DNA of 64,000 nt, from positions 61,478 to 125,477 of the forward strand of contig JBCCLK010000003.1 in assembly GCA_039026935.1 (NCBI GenBank). The letters run 5' to 3'. Every line of letters starts with the position of its first letter. The first letter of the stretch is position 1. Made by a program: the position numbers and the translations under genes. The stretch is from Pseudomonadota bacterium. GTDB taxonomy: Bacteria; Pseudomonadota; Alphaproteobacteria; Rhizobiales; MH13. The notes beneath the pieces are model-generated. The model was not told the origin of the DNA. It saw only the letters and a list, made by a program, of their open reading frames with translations, and did no database searches. Shown in pieces: positions 23,072 through 32,653 of the stretch.

Positions 23072-23632
23072 ATGCCGTTTGTTTCGGTTACGCTGATTGA
23101 GGGATATGATGAAGACGCCAAGCGGCGGCTGTGTCACGCCTTAACCGGAGCAGTCCAGCGGGTGGTTCCCGCCGATCTCGACGCCATCACGAGTGCGCTC
23201 AATGAGGTATCGCCAAGCGGCTACATGCGCGGTGGTGCAGTACGAACTCCGGCCCCTGGACTGCCTGATGGGGAAGCAACGGTTCGCCAATTTCTCAGTC
23301 ACATGGAAGCTCGCGACCTGGATGCTGCGTCCGCGATGCTAGGCGACGACTTTTCAATGACCTTTCCCGGCAACGTCGCTATGACCAGGCTCGCTGAGCT
23401 GGTGGACTGGGCATCGTCGCGCTATCGCGCAGTGCGCAAGACCTACGAGCGTTTTGATACGGCTTGCAGCAATAGAGGACTGATTACCTACTGCTACGGA
23501 ACGCTGAGCGGTGAGTGGCTAGACGGTGACCGGTTTGATGGTATCCGTTTCATTGACCGGTTCGAGATCGACGGTGGCAAGCTTATCCGCCAGGACGTCT
23601 GGAACGATATGGGTGAAATGCGCCGTGTCTGA
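23072..23632 (+). CDS. 4-oxalocrotonate-tautomerase-like domain fused to a SnoaL/NTF2-like domain
   Basis: Starts M-P (Pro1) with a ~60 aa tautomerase-like unit; C-terminal half VRQFLSHMEARDL...IRFIDRFEI...QDVWND. Confidence 0.75.
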   Translation: MPFVSVTLIEGYDEDAKRRLCHALTGAVQRVVPADLDAITSALNEVSPSGYMRGGAVRTPAPGLPDGEATVRQFLSHMEARDLDAASAMLGDDFSMTFPGNVAMTRLAELVDWASSRYRAVRKTYERFDTACSNRGLITYCYGTLSGEWLDGDRFDGIRFIDRFEIDGGKLIRQDVWNDMGEMRRV

Positions 23633-25352
23633 TCCATCCAACGAACAGTCCACTGTCGATCCCATCACGCTCGCCGTCCTCGCCGGTCGGATGGAGCAGA
23701 TCGCCGATGAGATGGACGCAACGCTGTTCCGCAGCGCGTTCAACCCGATCATCGCCGAAGCGCATGATGCCTCTCACGGCCTGTACGATGCAACAACAGG
23801 CGACACACTCATCCAGGGCAAGTCCGGGCTGCCCATCTTTGTTGGTGTGATGGCCTTCGCCGTGAAAGCGGTCATTGAGAAGGCTGCGCGCGACGGCGAT
23901 CTCGCCGATGGCGACGTTTACATCTTCAATGACGCGCATATTGGCGGTACGCACCTTTCCGACATGCGGCTGGTCCGTCCCTATTTCCGCGATGGCAAAC
24001 TGTTCTGCTTCCTGGCCTCTGTCGGTCACTGGCACGATCTGGGTGGCGCGGTGCCGGGCAACTACAACCCCTCGGCACGCGAAGTCTTTCAAGAGGCTGT
24101 CGTCATACCCCCAGTCAAGCTGGTGCGTGGCTCCGTCCTACAGACGGACATCATCGACATCATCTTGCGCAACACGCGTTTGCCTCAGTCCGCGCGCGGT
24201 GATCTCAACGGCCAACTCTCAGCGCTCGATCTCGGTATTAAACGCATGGACGCCCTGCTCGATGTTTACGGCGCGCCGACCATCTCGTCGGCTTTCATGC
24301 AGCTTGGCAATCGCGCCGAAACGTTGATGCGGGCCGAGCTTTCCGGCCTACCTGATGGCCGCTGGGAGGCTGTCGACTATCTCGACAATGACGGCATCAC
24401 CAACGACGCGCTGCCGATCAAGGTTGTGCTTGAGATTTCGGGCGATGAACTCACGATCGATTTCTCGGGTACCGCGCCCGCGACGGCCGGGCCGGTGAAC
24501 ATTGCCCTGCCGACCACGATTGCGTGCTGCTATGTGGCGATGAAGCACGTCTTCCCCTCGCTGCCCGCGAACGCTGGGGTGATGCGGCCGACTACCGTGA
24601 ATGTGCCGGATAACTCGCTGCTCTCCGCCGATTTCCCAGCACCAACCGGCGGTTACACAGAGACCATTCTGCGGATGATCGATGTGATCTTCTCGGCAGC
24701 GGCGCAGGCGATGCCCGACCGTGTGGTCGCCAACGCCTATGGCACCATCAACGCGCTCTCCATCGCTGGCACCAAGGCAAACGGTCAGCGCTGGGTTATG
24801 TTTTCCTTCTATGGCGGTGGTCATGGCGGTTCGCCGGAAAGCGATGGCCTCAACCATGGCAACGCGCCCATCTCCACAGCGACGATCCCCCCAGCCGAAA
24901 TTCTGGAAGCGGCCTATCCAGTGGCCTTCCGCCAATGGGCTCTTCGACCCGACAGCGCTGGCGCTGGTAGGCATCGCGGAGGGCTCGGCGCGATTTATGA
25001 GATCGAGCTGTTGGAAGAGCAGGCAGAAGCCTTCTTGTTCGGCGAACGTGGACGCTTCGCGCCGCAGGGCATTGCTGGCGGCGGTGAAGCCTCGACCAAC
25101 CATTTTACCTACCAGACCAATGATAGCTGGGAGGAGCCTGCCCTCACCTCCAAGATGGTCGGCATTCCCCTGAAACGTGGACAGCGTGTGCGGCTCGAAA
25201 CGCCCGGTGGTGGTGGCTATGGCCCGCCTCAAGACCGGGCGCCGAGCGCCGTCGCGCGCGATGTCGAACTCGGGTTCCTAAGCAAAGCCATGGCCGATCA
25301 GACCTATGGCCCGGCCTGGCGCGAGGCACAGTCCAAGGATGACGCCGCATGA
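23625..25352 (+). CDS. Hydantoinase B/oxoprolinase family subunit
   Basis: DPITLAVL, GGTHLSD, GHWHDLGG, PDSAGAGRHRGG, ETPGGGGYG; GTG start inferred. Confidence 0.92.
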   Translation: MSDPSNEQSTVDPITLAVLAGRMEQIADEMDATLFRSAFNPIIAEAHDASHGLYDATTGDTLIQGKSGLPIFVGVMAFAVKAVIEKAARDGDLADGDVYIFNDAHIGGTHLSDMRLVRPYFRDGKLFCFLASVGHWHDLGGAVPGNYNPSAREVFQEAVVIPPVKLVRGSVLQTDIIDIILRNTRLPQSARGDLNGQLSALDLGIKRMDALLDVYGAPTISSAFMQLGNRAETLMRAELSGLPDGRWEAVDYLDNDGITNDALPIKVVLEISGDELTIDFSGTAPATAGPVNIALPTTIACCYVAMKHVFPSLPANAGVMRPTTVNVPDNSLLSADFPAPTGGYTETILRMIDVIFSAAAQAMPDRVVANAYGTINALSIAGTKANGQRWVMFSFYGGGHGGSPESDGLNHGNAPISTATIPPAEILEAAYPVAFRQWALRPDSAGAGRHRGGLGAIYEIELLEEQAEAFLFGERGRFAPQGIAGGGEASTNHFTYQTNDSWEEPALTSKMVGIPLKRGQRVRLETPGGGGYGPPQDRAPSAVARDVELGFLSKAMADQTYGPAWREAQSKDDAA

Positions 25353-27403
25353 GCATCATTGGCGTCGACGTTGGCGGCACCTTTACGGACATCTTCTCCC
25401 TTGACGAGGCAACGGGCGCCGCGCGCGTAGCCAAGGTTCCCACGAGCCGGCCCGACCAGTCGGCCGGTTTCTTGAAGGGCGTTGAAATTGCGGGCGGCGA
25501 CCTTTCCAGCGTGCGCACCGTTGTCCACGGCACCACCGCCGGCACCAATGCGCTGTTGGAGCGCAAAGGCGCCAAAATCGGGGTGATCACAACCGAGGGT
25601 TTCCGAGACACACTGGAAATGCGCCGCCGCGACCGGCGAGCAACTTGGGGACTTCGCGGCGATTTCAATCCGGTGGTCCCGCGCAACAGACGGCTAGAAG
25701 TACCCGAACGGACGCTGGCCGATGGCACCGTCGAGACGCCCGTAGACATCACCGCTGTTAAACGGGCAGGTCGTGACCTACTCGCTATGGGATGCGACGC
25801 GGTGGCTTTGGTTTTCATCAATGCCTATGCGAACCCTGCCAACGAACTGAAAGCCGCAGAGGCGTTGCGCGCGCTGTGGCCCAGCCCGCATGTCTCGGTC
25901 TCATCCGAAATTCTACCAGAAATCCGCGAATTTGAGCGGACTTCAACCACCACGCTCAATGCTTACTTGCAGCCGGAAGTTGCCGGCTATCTTCAGCGTC
26001 TTGAGGACGGGTTGCGCATTGGCGGGCTGAACGGTGAGTTCCTGTTGGTGCAGTCCAATGGGGGCGTGATGGCGGTTGGGACGGCCTGTCGTCTGCCCGT
26101 GCGCACGGCACTCTCTGGCCCGGCGGCTGGAGTCATCGCGGCAGGCTATATTGCCAGCACGGCCGGCTATGACGACGTCATCACCGGCGATGTCGGCGGC
26201 ACAAGTTTCGATGTGTCTCTGATCGCTGACGGGCAGTCGGCCCTTTCGGCGCAGACCAGTGTCGATTTCGGCATGGTCGTTCGCACCCCGATGATCGAGA
26301 TCACCACCATAGGTGCGGGCGGCGGCTCGATTGCCTGGGTCGACAAGGGTGGCCTGCTCAACATCGGTCCGGAAAGCGCCGGGTCCGACCCTGGCCCGGT
26401 CGCCTATGGCGGCAAGAATGATCGCCCGACCGTAACAGACGCCAACATAGTGCTTGGCCGCATCGACCCTGACCAGCCGCTGGGCGGGCGAGAGCGCTTG
26501 GATGTTGAGGCCGCTCGGCGCGCCATAGATATCCATGTCGGCACACCGCTCGGCCTTACCATCGACGATGCCGCCGAAGCGATCCTAACCGTCGCCAATG
26601 CCCGCATGGCCGGCGCGATCCGCCTGGTCAGCATTGAGCGCGGGCACGATCCTCAGCGCTTCTGCTATATGCCCTTTGGCGGCGGTGGTGCCTTGCACGC
26701 CTGCGCTTTGGTGGAGGAGTGCGGCCTAGCCCGCGCTTTGGTGCCGCGGTTCCCAGGCGTCACCTCGGCACTCGGCTGCGTGATCGCCGATATGCGGCAG
26801 GATTTTGTGCAGACGGTCAACACCACGGTCGATGCGCTCGACCTGGCACGCCTTGCCCAGACAGTCCAACAGCATATCGATGAGGGCATGGGACTACTCG
26901 ACGCCTCAGGCGTCACATTCGAGGCGCGCGTTGTTCTTGTCGAACTCGATATGGCCTATGCCGGCCAAACCCATACAGTCAGCGTTCCGTTGCCCATTAT
27001 GATTGAGGACTACAGGGCCGTTCCGCCAACACTCGACGCTATAAATTCAGCGTTTGACACCGCCTACAAAGCCACTTTTGAGCGGCTTTTGGACAACGGC
27101 GTACGGCGGATCTTGAACGTGCGCACCAGCACAACAGGTCGGCGGCCAAAGTTTGATCTGTCCACGCTCGCGCCTGACACGCAAACTACACAAGTTGGGT
27201 CCTATGGAATGCGCCCGGTTCGTATGGGCGGGGCGTGGCATGACACACCGCTTTTTGATCGCCTAGCACTACCGGTTGGAGCGGAAATTCTCGGACCTGC
27301 AATCCTAACTCAACCGGACACGACGGTTCTGGTGGAGCCGCACTATCGAGCGATAGTCGATGCGCTTGGCAATCTGATCCTTGAAAAGAAGGCGGCGTTA
27401 TGA
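25349..27403 (+). CDS. Hydantoinase A/oxoprolinase family subunit (ATP-binding)
   Basis: GVDVGGTFTD, HGTTAGTNALLE, LSGPAAG, DVGGTSFD. Confidence 0.93.
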   Translation: MSIIGVDVGGTFTDIFSLDEATGAARVAKVPTSRPDQSAGFLKGVEIAGGDLSSVRTVVHGTTAGTNALLERKGAKIGVITTEGFRDTLEMRRRDRRATWGLRGDFNPVVPRNRRLEVPERTLADGTVETPVDITAVKRAGRDLLAMGCDAVALVFINAYANPANELKAAEALRALWPSPHVSVSSEILPEIREFERTSTTTLNAYLQPEVAGYLQRLEDGLRIGGLNGEFLLVQSNGGVMAVGTACRLPVRTALSGPAAGVIAAGYIASTAGYDDVITGDVGGTSFDVSLIADGQSALSAQTSVDFGMVVRTPMIEITTIGAGGGSIAWVDKGGLLNIGPESAGSDPGPVAYGGKNDRPTVTDANIVLGRIDPDQPLGGRERLDVEAARRAIDIHVGTPLGLTIDDAAEAILTVANARMAGAIRLVSIERGHDPQRFCYMPFGGGGALHACALVEECGLARALVPRFPGVTSALGCVIADMRQDFVQTVNTTVDALDLARLAQTVQQHIDEGMGLLDASGVTFEARVVLVELDMAYAGQTHTVSVPLPIMIEDYRAVPPTLDAINSAFDTAYKATFERLLDNGVRRILNVRTSTTGRRPKFDLSTLAPDTQTTQVGSYGMRPVRMGGAWHDTPLFDRLALPVGAEILGPAILTQPDTTVLVEPHYRAIVDALGNLILEKKAAL

Positions 27404-28023
27404 ACGACCTGTCATTCTTCGATCCATCACGCACGGCGCTTTTGACCATCGATCTGCAGAATGACTTTCTGCATCCAAACGGCGCCTATGGCCGAGCGGG
27501 TCAGTCAGCTGAATCCATCGCAGCTTTGCCCGCACGGATCGCGCAGCTGGTGAAGGCTCTTCGAGATGCAGGCGGCACCTATATTTCGGCCCAATTCACG
27601 CTCGTCCCACGGTCTGGTGGCGAACCTCTCATCGCGCCTCATTTGAAGACGTTGCGACCGTTCCTCACCAAAGGGGATTTTGAACCAGGCATGTTCGGCC
27701 ATGCACTGGTCGATGCGCTGGCGCCGGCAGATTTCACGGTCGAAAAGGTCGCTTACTCAGCCTTCTACCAAACACGGCTTGAGTACATCATGCGGTCAAT
27801 CGGGATCGAAACGCTGATCATCGGCGGCATCGTCACCAATGGCGGGGTCGCCTCGACGGTGCGCGATGCCCATTTGCGCAACATCAATACCATCCTGCTG
27901 TCGGACGGCTGCGCCGCCTTCAAACAGGAGGTCCATGACGCAACGTTAATTTCGCTCGGCACGGTGACCAACGTGACGTCCTGCGCCGAGGCTATGGAAA
28001 TCATCGGTGGAGATGCCTTGTGA
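27400..28023 (+). CDS. Isochorismatase/cysteine hydrolase family protein lacking the catalytic Cys
   Basis: IDLQNDF, EKVAYSAF, GIVTNGGV. Confidence 0.85.
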   Translation: MNDLSFFDPSRTALLTIDLQNDFLHPNGAYGRAGQSAESIAALPARIAQLVKALRDAGGTYISAQFTLVPRSGGEPLIAPHLKTLRPFLTKGDFEPGMFGHALVDALAPADFTVEKVAYSAFYQTRLEYIMRSIGIETLIIGGIVTNGGVASTVRDAHLRNINTILLSDGCAAFKQEVHDATLISLGTVTNVTSCAEAMEIIGGDAL

Positions 28024-28886
28024 GTTTGCGTCAACGCCTTGCTGAACCCTCCATTCTCCTGACGCCCGGTGTCTATGATGCACTTACAGCCACGCTTGCG
28101 GAGGCTGCGGGCTTTGAGGCGCTATATCTGTCAGGCGCGGCTGTCGCCTATACTCGCCTCGGACGGCCTGACATCGGCCTCACGTCAATGACCGAGATGG
28201 CCGACACCATGACGCTCATCCGGGACAAGACAGCCCTGCCCGTCATCATCGATGCAGACACGGGGTTTGGAAACGCATTGAATGCCCAGCGTACTATGCG
28301 GCTGTATGAACGGGCCGGTGCCAACGCTTTGCAAATAGAGGATCAAACATACCCCAAGCGCTGCGGCCATTTGGCTAATAAGGCGTTGATTACACCACTT
28401 GAGATGGCTGGCAAAATCAGCTCCATGGCCGATGCGCGAACCAGCGAGGATACACTCATCATAGCGCGCACGGATGCGATTGGCGTTGAAGGCTTCGAGG
28501 CTGCGCTTGAACGCGCCGAGGCCTATGTGGAGGCGGGTGCAGACGCCCTCTTCATTGAAGCGCCGCAATCGCTGGAGCAATTACAGGCCATCACCACCCG
28601 CTTCAACGGGCGCGTGCCCTTGATGGCCAATATGGTGGAAGGCGGCGCAACGCCAATCCATGCAGCAGACGATCTGGAAGCGCTCGGTTTTTCCATCGTC
28701 ATCTTTCCCGGCGGCATTGTTCGCGCCCTCGCCCAGACAGCGGAGGAGTATTACGCGTCGCTTAAAACGCACGGTATCAACACGCCCTTCAAGGCGCGAA
28801 TGCTGGATTTTGCCGGTTTGAATGATCGCCTTGGCCTAGAGGATATGTTGGAAAGCGGCCGGCGGTACGATGAGGGCGGTGCATGA
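28020..28886 (+). CDS. Isocitrate lyase/PEP mutase superfamily C-C lyase (PrpB/dimethylmalate lyase-like)
   Basis: YLSGA, DADTGFG, IEDQTYPKRCGH, ARTDA. Confidence 0.9.
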   Translation: MSLRQRLAEPSILLTPGVYDALTATLAEAAGFEALYLSGAAVAYTRLGRPDIGLTSMTEMADTMTLIRDKTALPVIIDADTGFGNALNAQRTMRLYERAGANALQIEDQTYPKRCGHLANKALITPLEMAGKISSMADARTSEDTLIIARTDAIGVEGFEAALERAEAYVEAGADALFIEAPQSLEQLQAITTRFNGRVPLMANMVEGGATPIHAADDLEALGFSIVIFPGGIVRALAQTAEEYYASLKTHGINTPFKARMLDFAGLNDRLGLEDMLESGRRYDEGGA

Positions 28887-30301
28887 GCTTTGCCGTTGCT
28901 CCACCGGACGGTTTTGACCTTGATGTTGAAACGCTGATTGTCGGCGCCGGATGTGCTGGGCTCGTTGCCGCTTTGTCGGCATATGAAGCTGGGCAGGACG
29001 TCCTGGTTTTGGAACGTGATGCCGTTCCATCAGGGTCAACGGCCCTCAGTGCCGGTTTGATACCGGCCGCTGGCACGGCTCAGCAGAAGGAGGCGGATCT
29101 AGTCGATACACCGGAGGTTTTTGCTGCCGATATCATGCGCAAAGCGTCCAGAGAGCCCGATCACCATCTGGTCGAAGCGCTTACCAAAGGCGCAAGAGAT
29201 GTCATTGGCTGGCTTACGCAAACCATTGGCCTACCTTTTACACTGGTCGACAACTTCGACTATCCCGGCCACACCAACCGCCGCATGCATGGGCTGCCAT
29301 CGCGCTCCGGCGAAGAACTCATCAACGCCCTGCGCGAGGCCTGCGAGGATCGTGGCATTCTTATAGCGACCGAGAGGGTGATGGAAACGCTGTTTGCCGA
29401 TGGCGATACGGTGACCGGTATCCTCGCCGGGCTACCCGATGGGTCGAGGGAAACAGTCGGCTGCGGCAAACTGGTACTGGCCTGTAACGGATTTGGCGGC
29501 AACGCGGAGATGGTTCGCTCCTTCATTCCTGATATTGCTGACGCTCTGTACTTCGGCCACAACGGCAATCGCGGCGATGCGATCCGGTTAGGTAAGCACC
29601 TGGGCGCGGCGACAGCGGACCTTGCCAGCTATCAGGGCCATGGCAATGTGGCCCATCCACACGGCATTCTTATCACCTGGGCCGTGATCACCGAAGGCGG
29701 CTTCCAGGTAAATGCGCTGGGTGAGCGCTTTTGGGATGAATCGCAAGGGTATTCAGAGGCCGCACGGCATGTGCTTGCGCAGCCCGAGGGGATCGCATTT
29801 GCTATTTTCGACACACGCATCGCCGAAGTGGCACGCCAGTTTAAGGATTTTCGGGACGCTGAAGCCCAAGAAGCCGTCAAACAGGCTAACAGCGTGGACG
29901 AACTCGCCAAGCTGCTTGGCGTGGATACCAAGGCGCTTAAGGCCAGCTTCGACAGCGCATCTGGCACTGATGGATTTGGCCGAAATTTTGCGCAAACGGC
30001 GGACCTTCAACCGCCCTATTGCGCGGTCAAGGTCACCGGCGCGTTGTTTCACACGCAAGGTGGCCTCAAAGTCGACGGGGATGGCCGGGTCTTAAAACGC
30101 GACGCAACGCAACTTCCCAATCTCTTTGCTTCCGGCGGTGCTGCCGTTGGAGTATCAGGACGCGGCGATAGCGGGTATCTTTCCGGCAATGGATTGCTGT
30201 CAGCCGCCGTTCTAGGTTGGAAGGCTGGTCAATTCCCACTGCAAAACCTGGAAGCAGACGGGTCGCAGACCCCTCACGATGGAGTGCATGAACATGCTTG
30301 A
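28883..30301 (+). CDS. FAD-dependent oxidoreductase (fumarate reductase/TcuA/KstD-like flavoprotein)
   Basis: [28 protein letters not shown]. Confidence 0.85.
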   Translation: MSFAVAPPDGFDLDVETLIVGAGCAGLVAALSAYEAGQDVLVLERDAVPSGSTALSAGLIPAAGTAQQKEADLVDTPEVFAADIMRKASREPDHHLVEALTKGARDVIGWLTQTIGLPFTLVDNFDYPGHTNRRMHGLPSRSGEELINALREACEDRGILIATERVMETLFADGDTVTGILAGLPDGSRETVGCGKLVLACNGFGGNAEMVRSFIPDIADALYFGHNGNRGDAIRLGKHLGAATADLASYQGHGNVAHPHGILITWAVITEGGFQVNALGERFWDESQGYSEAARHVLAQPEGIAFAIFDTRIAEVARQFKDFRDAEAQEAVKQANSVDELAKLLGVDTKALKASFDSASGTDGFGRNFAQTADLQPPYCAVKVTGALFHTQGGLKVDGDGRVLKRDATQLPNLFASGGAAVGVSGRGDSGYLSGNGLLSAAVLGWKAGQFPLQNLEADGSQTPHDGVHEHA

Positions 30302-31508
30302 TGGACGTACGACCGGCCATGGCCCGGACCTTGCCGCGTTCGACTGGTCGGACCCGTTTCACTTGTCTGATCAGTTGCAAGAAGATGAGCGGCTGGTCGC
30401 CGAAAGTGCCAAGGCTTTTGCCAAAGACAAGCTGATGCCACGTGCGGAGCACGCCTATCAGAATGAAGAGGTGACGCCGGAGGTCTTCGCCGAAATGGGC
30501 GCCATGGGCCTCTTGGGTGTCACGATCCCAGAGTCATATGGCGGGCTTGGTGCTGGGTACGTTACCTACGGACTTGTTGCTCGCGAGATCGAGCGGGTTG
30601 ATTCCGGTTACCGCTCTATGATGAGCGTGCAATCGAGCCTCGTCATGTATCCGATCTATGCCTATGGGTCAGAGGAGCAAAAACAAAAGTACCTGCCGAA
30701 ACTCGCTACTGGCAAACTCATCGGCTGCTTTGGGCTCACCGAACCAGATGCCGGGTCAGACCCGGCAGGCATGAAGACCACCGCCAGAAAGGTGGATGGC
30801 GGTTACATTCTGAATGGCGCCAAGATGTGGATTTCCAACAGTCCTATCGCCGACGTTTTCGTCGTTTGGGCGAAGTCCGATGCCCACGACGGGAAGATCC
30901 GGGGTTTCATCCTCGAAAAAGGCATGAAGGGCCTCTCAGCGCCGACGACCAAGGGCAAGCTTTCGTTGCGCGCCTCGGTGACGGGTGAGATTGTCATGGA
31001 CGCAGTAGAAGTCGGTGAGGACGTGCTGCTTCCCGGCGTTCAGGGCCTGAAGGGGCCTTTTGGCTGCCTCAATCGTGCCCGCTACGGCATTGCCTGGGGC
31101 GTGATGGGTGCTGCCGAAGACTGCTGGCATCGCGCGCGTAGCTACGGCCTAGAGCGTGTGCAATTCAATCGCCCGATCGCCCAGACGCAGCTTTTTCAAA
31201 AGAAGCTCGCCGACATGCAAACGGAGATATCCCTCGGACTTCAAGGAGCACTCCGGCTTGGCAGGATGCTGGACGAGGGCATTGCCGCACCGGAAATCAT
31301 CTCCATGATGAAGCGTAACAATTGCGGTAAGTCACTCGACATCGCCCGCGCCGCCCGCGACATGCATGGCGGCAATGGCATCATGGGCGAGTACCATGTG
31401 ATGCGCCACGCGCAGAACCTTGAGACCGTGAACACCTACGAAGGCACGCACGACATCCACGCGCTGATCCTCGGTCGCGCGCAGACAGGGTTGCAGGCGT
31501 TCTTTTGA
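30294..31508 (+). CDS. gcdH: Acyl-CoA dehydrogenase, glutaryl-CoA dehydrogenase-like
   Basis: [51 protein letters not shown]. Confidence 0.88.
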   Translation: MLDGRTTGHGPDLAAFDWSDPFHLSDQLQEDERLVAESAKAFAKDKLMPRAEHAYQNEEVTPEVFAEMGAMGLLGVTIPESYGGLGAGYVTYGLVAREIERVDSGYRSMMSVQSSLVMYPIYAYGSEEQKQKYLPKLATGKLIGCFGLTEPDAGSDPAGMKTTARKVDGGYILNGAKMWISNSPIADVFVVWAKSDAHDGKIRGFILEKGMKGLSAPTTKGKLSLRASVTGEIVMDAVEVGEDVLLPGVQGLKGPFGCLNRARYGIAWGVMGAAEDCWHRARSYGLERVQFNRPIAQTQLFQKKLADMQTEISLGLQGALRLGRMLDEGIAAPEIISMMKRNNCGKSLDIARAARDMHGGNGIMGEYHVMRHAQNLETVNTYEGTHDIHALILGRAQTGLQAFF

Positions 31509-31649
31509 TGGAAAAACTCGCTCTGTTCGGTCCGGCAGGCCGGCCCGCACAATCGATCAGTTTTTGAAAGCTCGATGAATGACGGACGCGCTCCTCAAAG
31601 GCCTCAAGGTCTTAGAACTTACCCGCGTTCTAGCTACCCCATGAGCCGG

Positions 31650-31752
31650 TCAGGTGTTCGCTGATCCTGGGGCAATGGTTGTCAAAGTGGAGTGAGCACG
31701 GACCAATTGAAAAAACTGAAGCGTTTTCAAGAAGAGAACGAGCGGTTACGCA
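31650..31752 (+). mobile_element. Degenerate IS3-family transposase OrfA fragment
   Basis: STDQLKKLKRFQEENERLR resembles the IS3 OrfA leucine-zipper segment; no OrfB or inverted repeats visible. Confidence 0.65.
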
Positions 31753-31783
31753 TTCATCCGGCAGGCCATGGAAAAGACCTCGT

Positions 31784-32653
31784 TTACACCTGCTTGGCCC
31801 GATTGGGCTCATTCGCCAGTAGTCCGCAAATCAAGATTATCACTCCACCTACAAGCTCGTTCGGCCCAACTGTTTCAGAAAACAGGAAGTAACCCGCGGC
31901 GAGCGCGAACAGGATGCGGACGTAAGGATAGGGAGCCAAAGCGGAGACCTCGCCAAATCTGTAAGCCTCGACCGTAAGCAACATCCCCAGCGTCCCCAAA
32001 GTTCCCGCGATTGTCAGAATAACGAGATCGGGCAAACTGACATCTGTCCAACTGAGGACAGCGCTGGGCGTGGTCCCTAATGTTGTGACCAGGCCGATCC
32101 AGAACATAATGGTCGCTGTTTGCTCGGTTCGTGCCAAGACTCTGTTTTGAAAAATCAGTATCGCCGCTGCGAAGGCAGAGCCAAGCCCCAATAGGATACC
32201 CAGCTCCATACGAAAACTGGTTAAACCGCTGGCAAGCGCGACTCCACCGAACCCGAAGAGGGTGGTCAATCCGCGTGTCCAACCAATTTTCTCGCCAAGA
32301 ACGAAGGGCGCAGTAACGACCACAAACAGGGAGGTTGTGAATGTGAGCGTGGACGCAAGTGCCAGTTCAAGTGCTTGAAAGCTTGCGTAGTAAAGCCACC
32401 AGCAAACAAGGCTTGTTAGGCCTCGGACAACCAACGCGTGCCATCGCGCTGATCCGAAACTGAGCCCCGGGCGAACCGCAATCCAGACTGCGACGATCAG
32501 GAGCTGTGCCAGCGATCGAAAGAAGATGATCTGACCGAAGGGCACGTCCGGGCTGAGGTAACGTAAGACCACAACATCGACCGTAAACACCGCCGCGGCG
32601 ATCACAAGCATTGCGGCACCGCGTAAGTTATCCACGGGCATGCCGATTGTCAC
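31784..32653 (-). CDS. DMT/EamA family transporter
   Basis: 10-TM pattern, QIIFFRS, LGEKIGW, LAPYPY. Confidence 0.9.
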   Translation of the reverse strand: MTIGMPVDNLRGAAMLVIAAAVFTVDVVVLRYLSPDVPFGQIIFFRSLAQLLIVAVWIAVRPGLSFGSARWHALVVRGLTSLVCWWLYYASFQALELALASTLTFTTSLFVVVTAPFVLGEKIGWTRGLTTLFGFGGVALASGLTSFRMELGILLGLGSAFAAAILIFQNRVLARTEQTATIMFWIGLVTTLGTTPSAVLSWTDVSLPDLVILTIAGTLGTLGMLLTVEAYRFGEVSALAPYPYVRILFALAAGYFLFSETVGPNELVGGVIILICGLLANEPNRAKQV

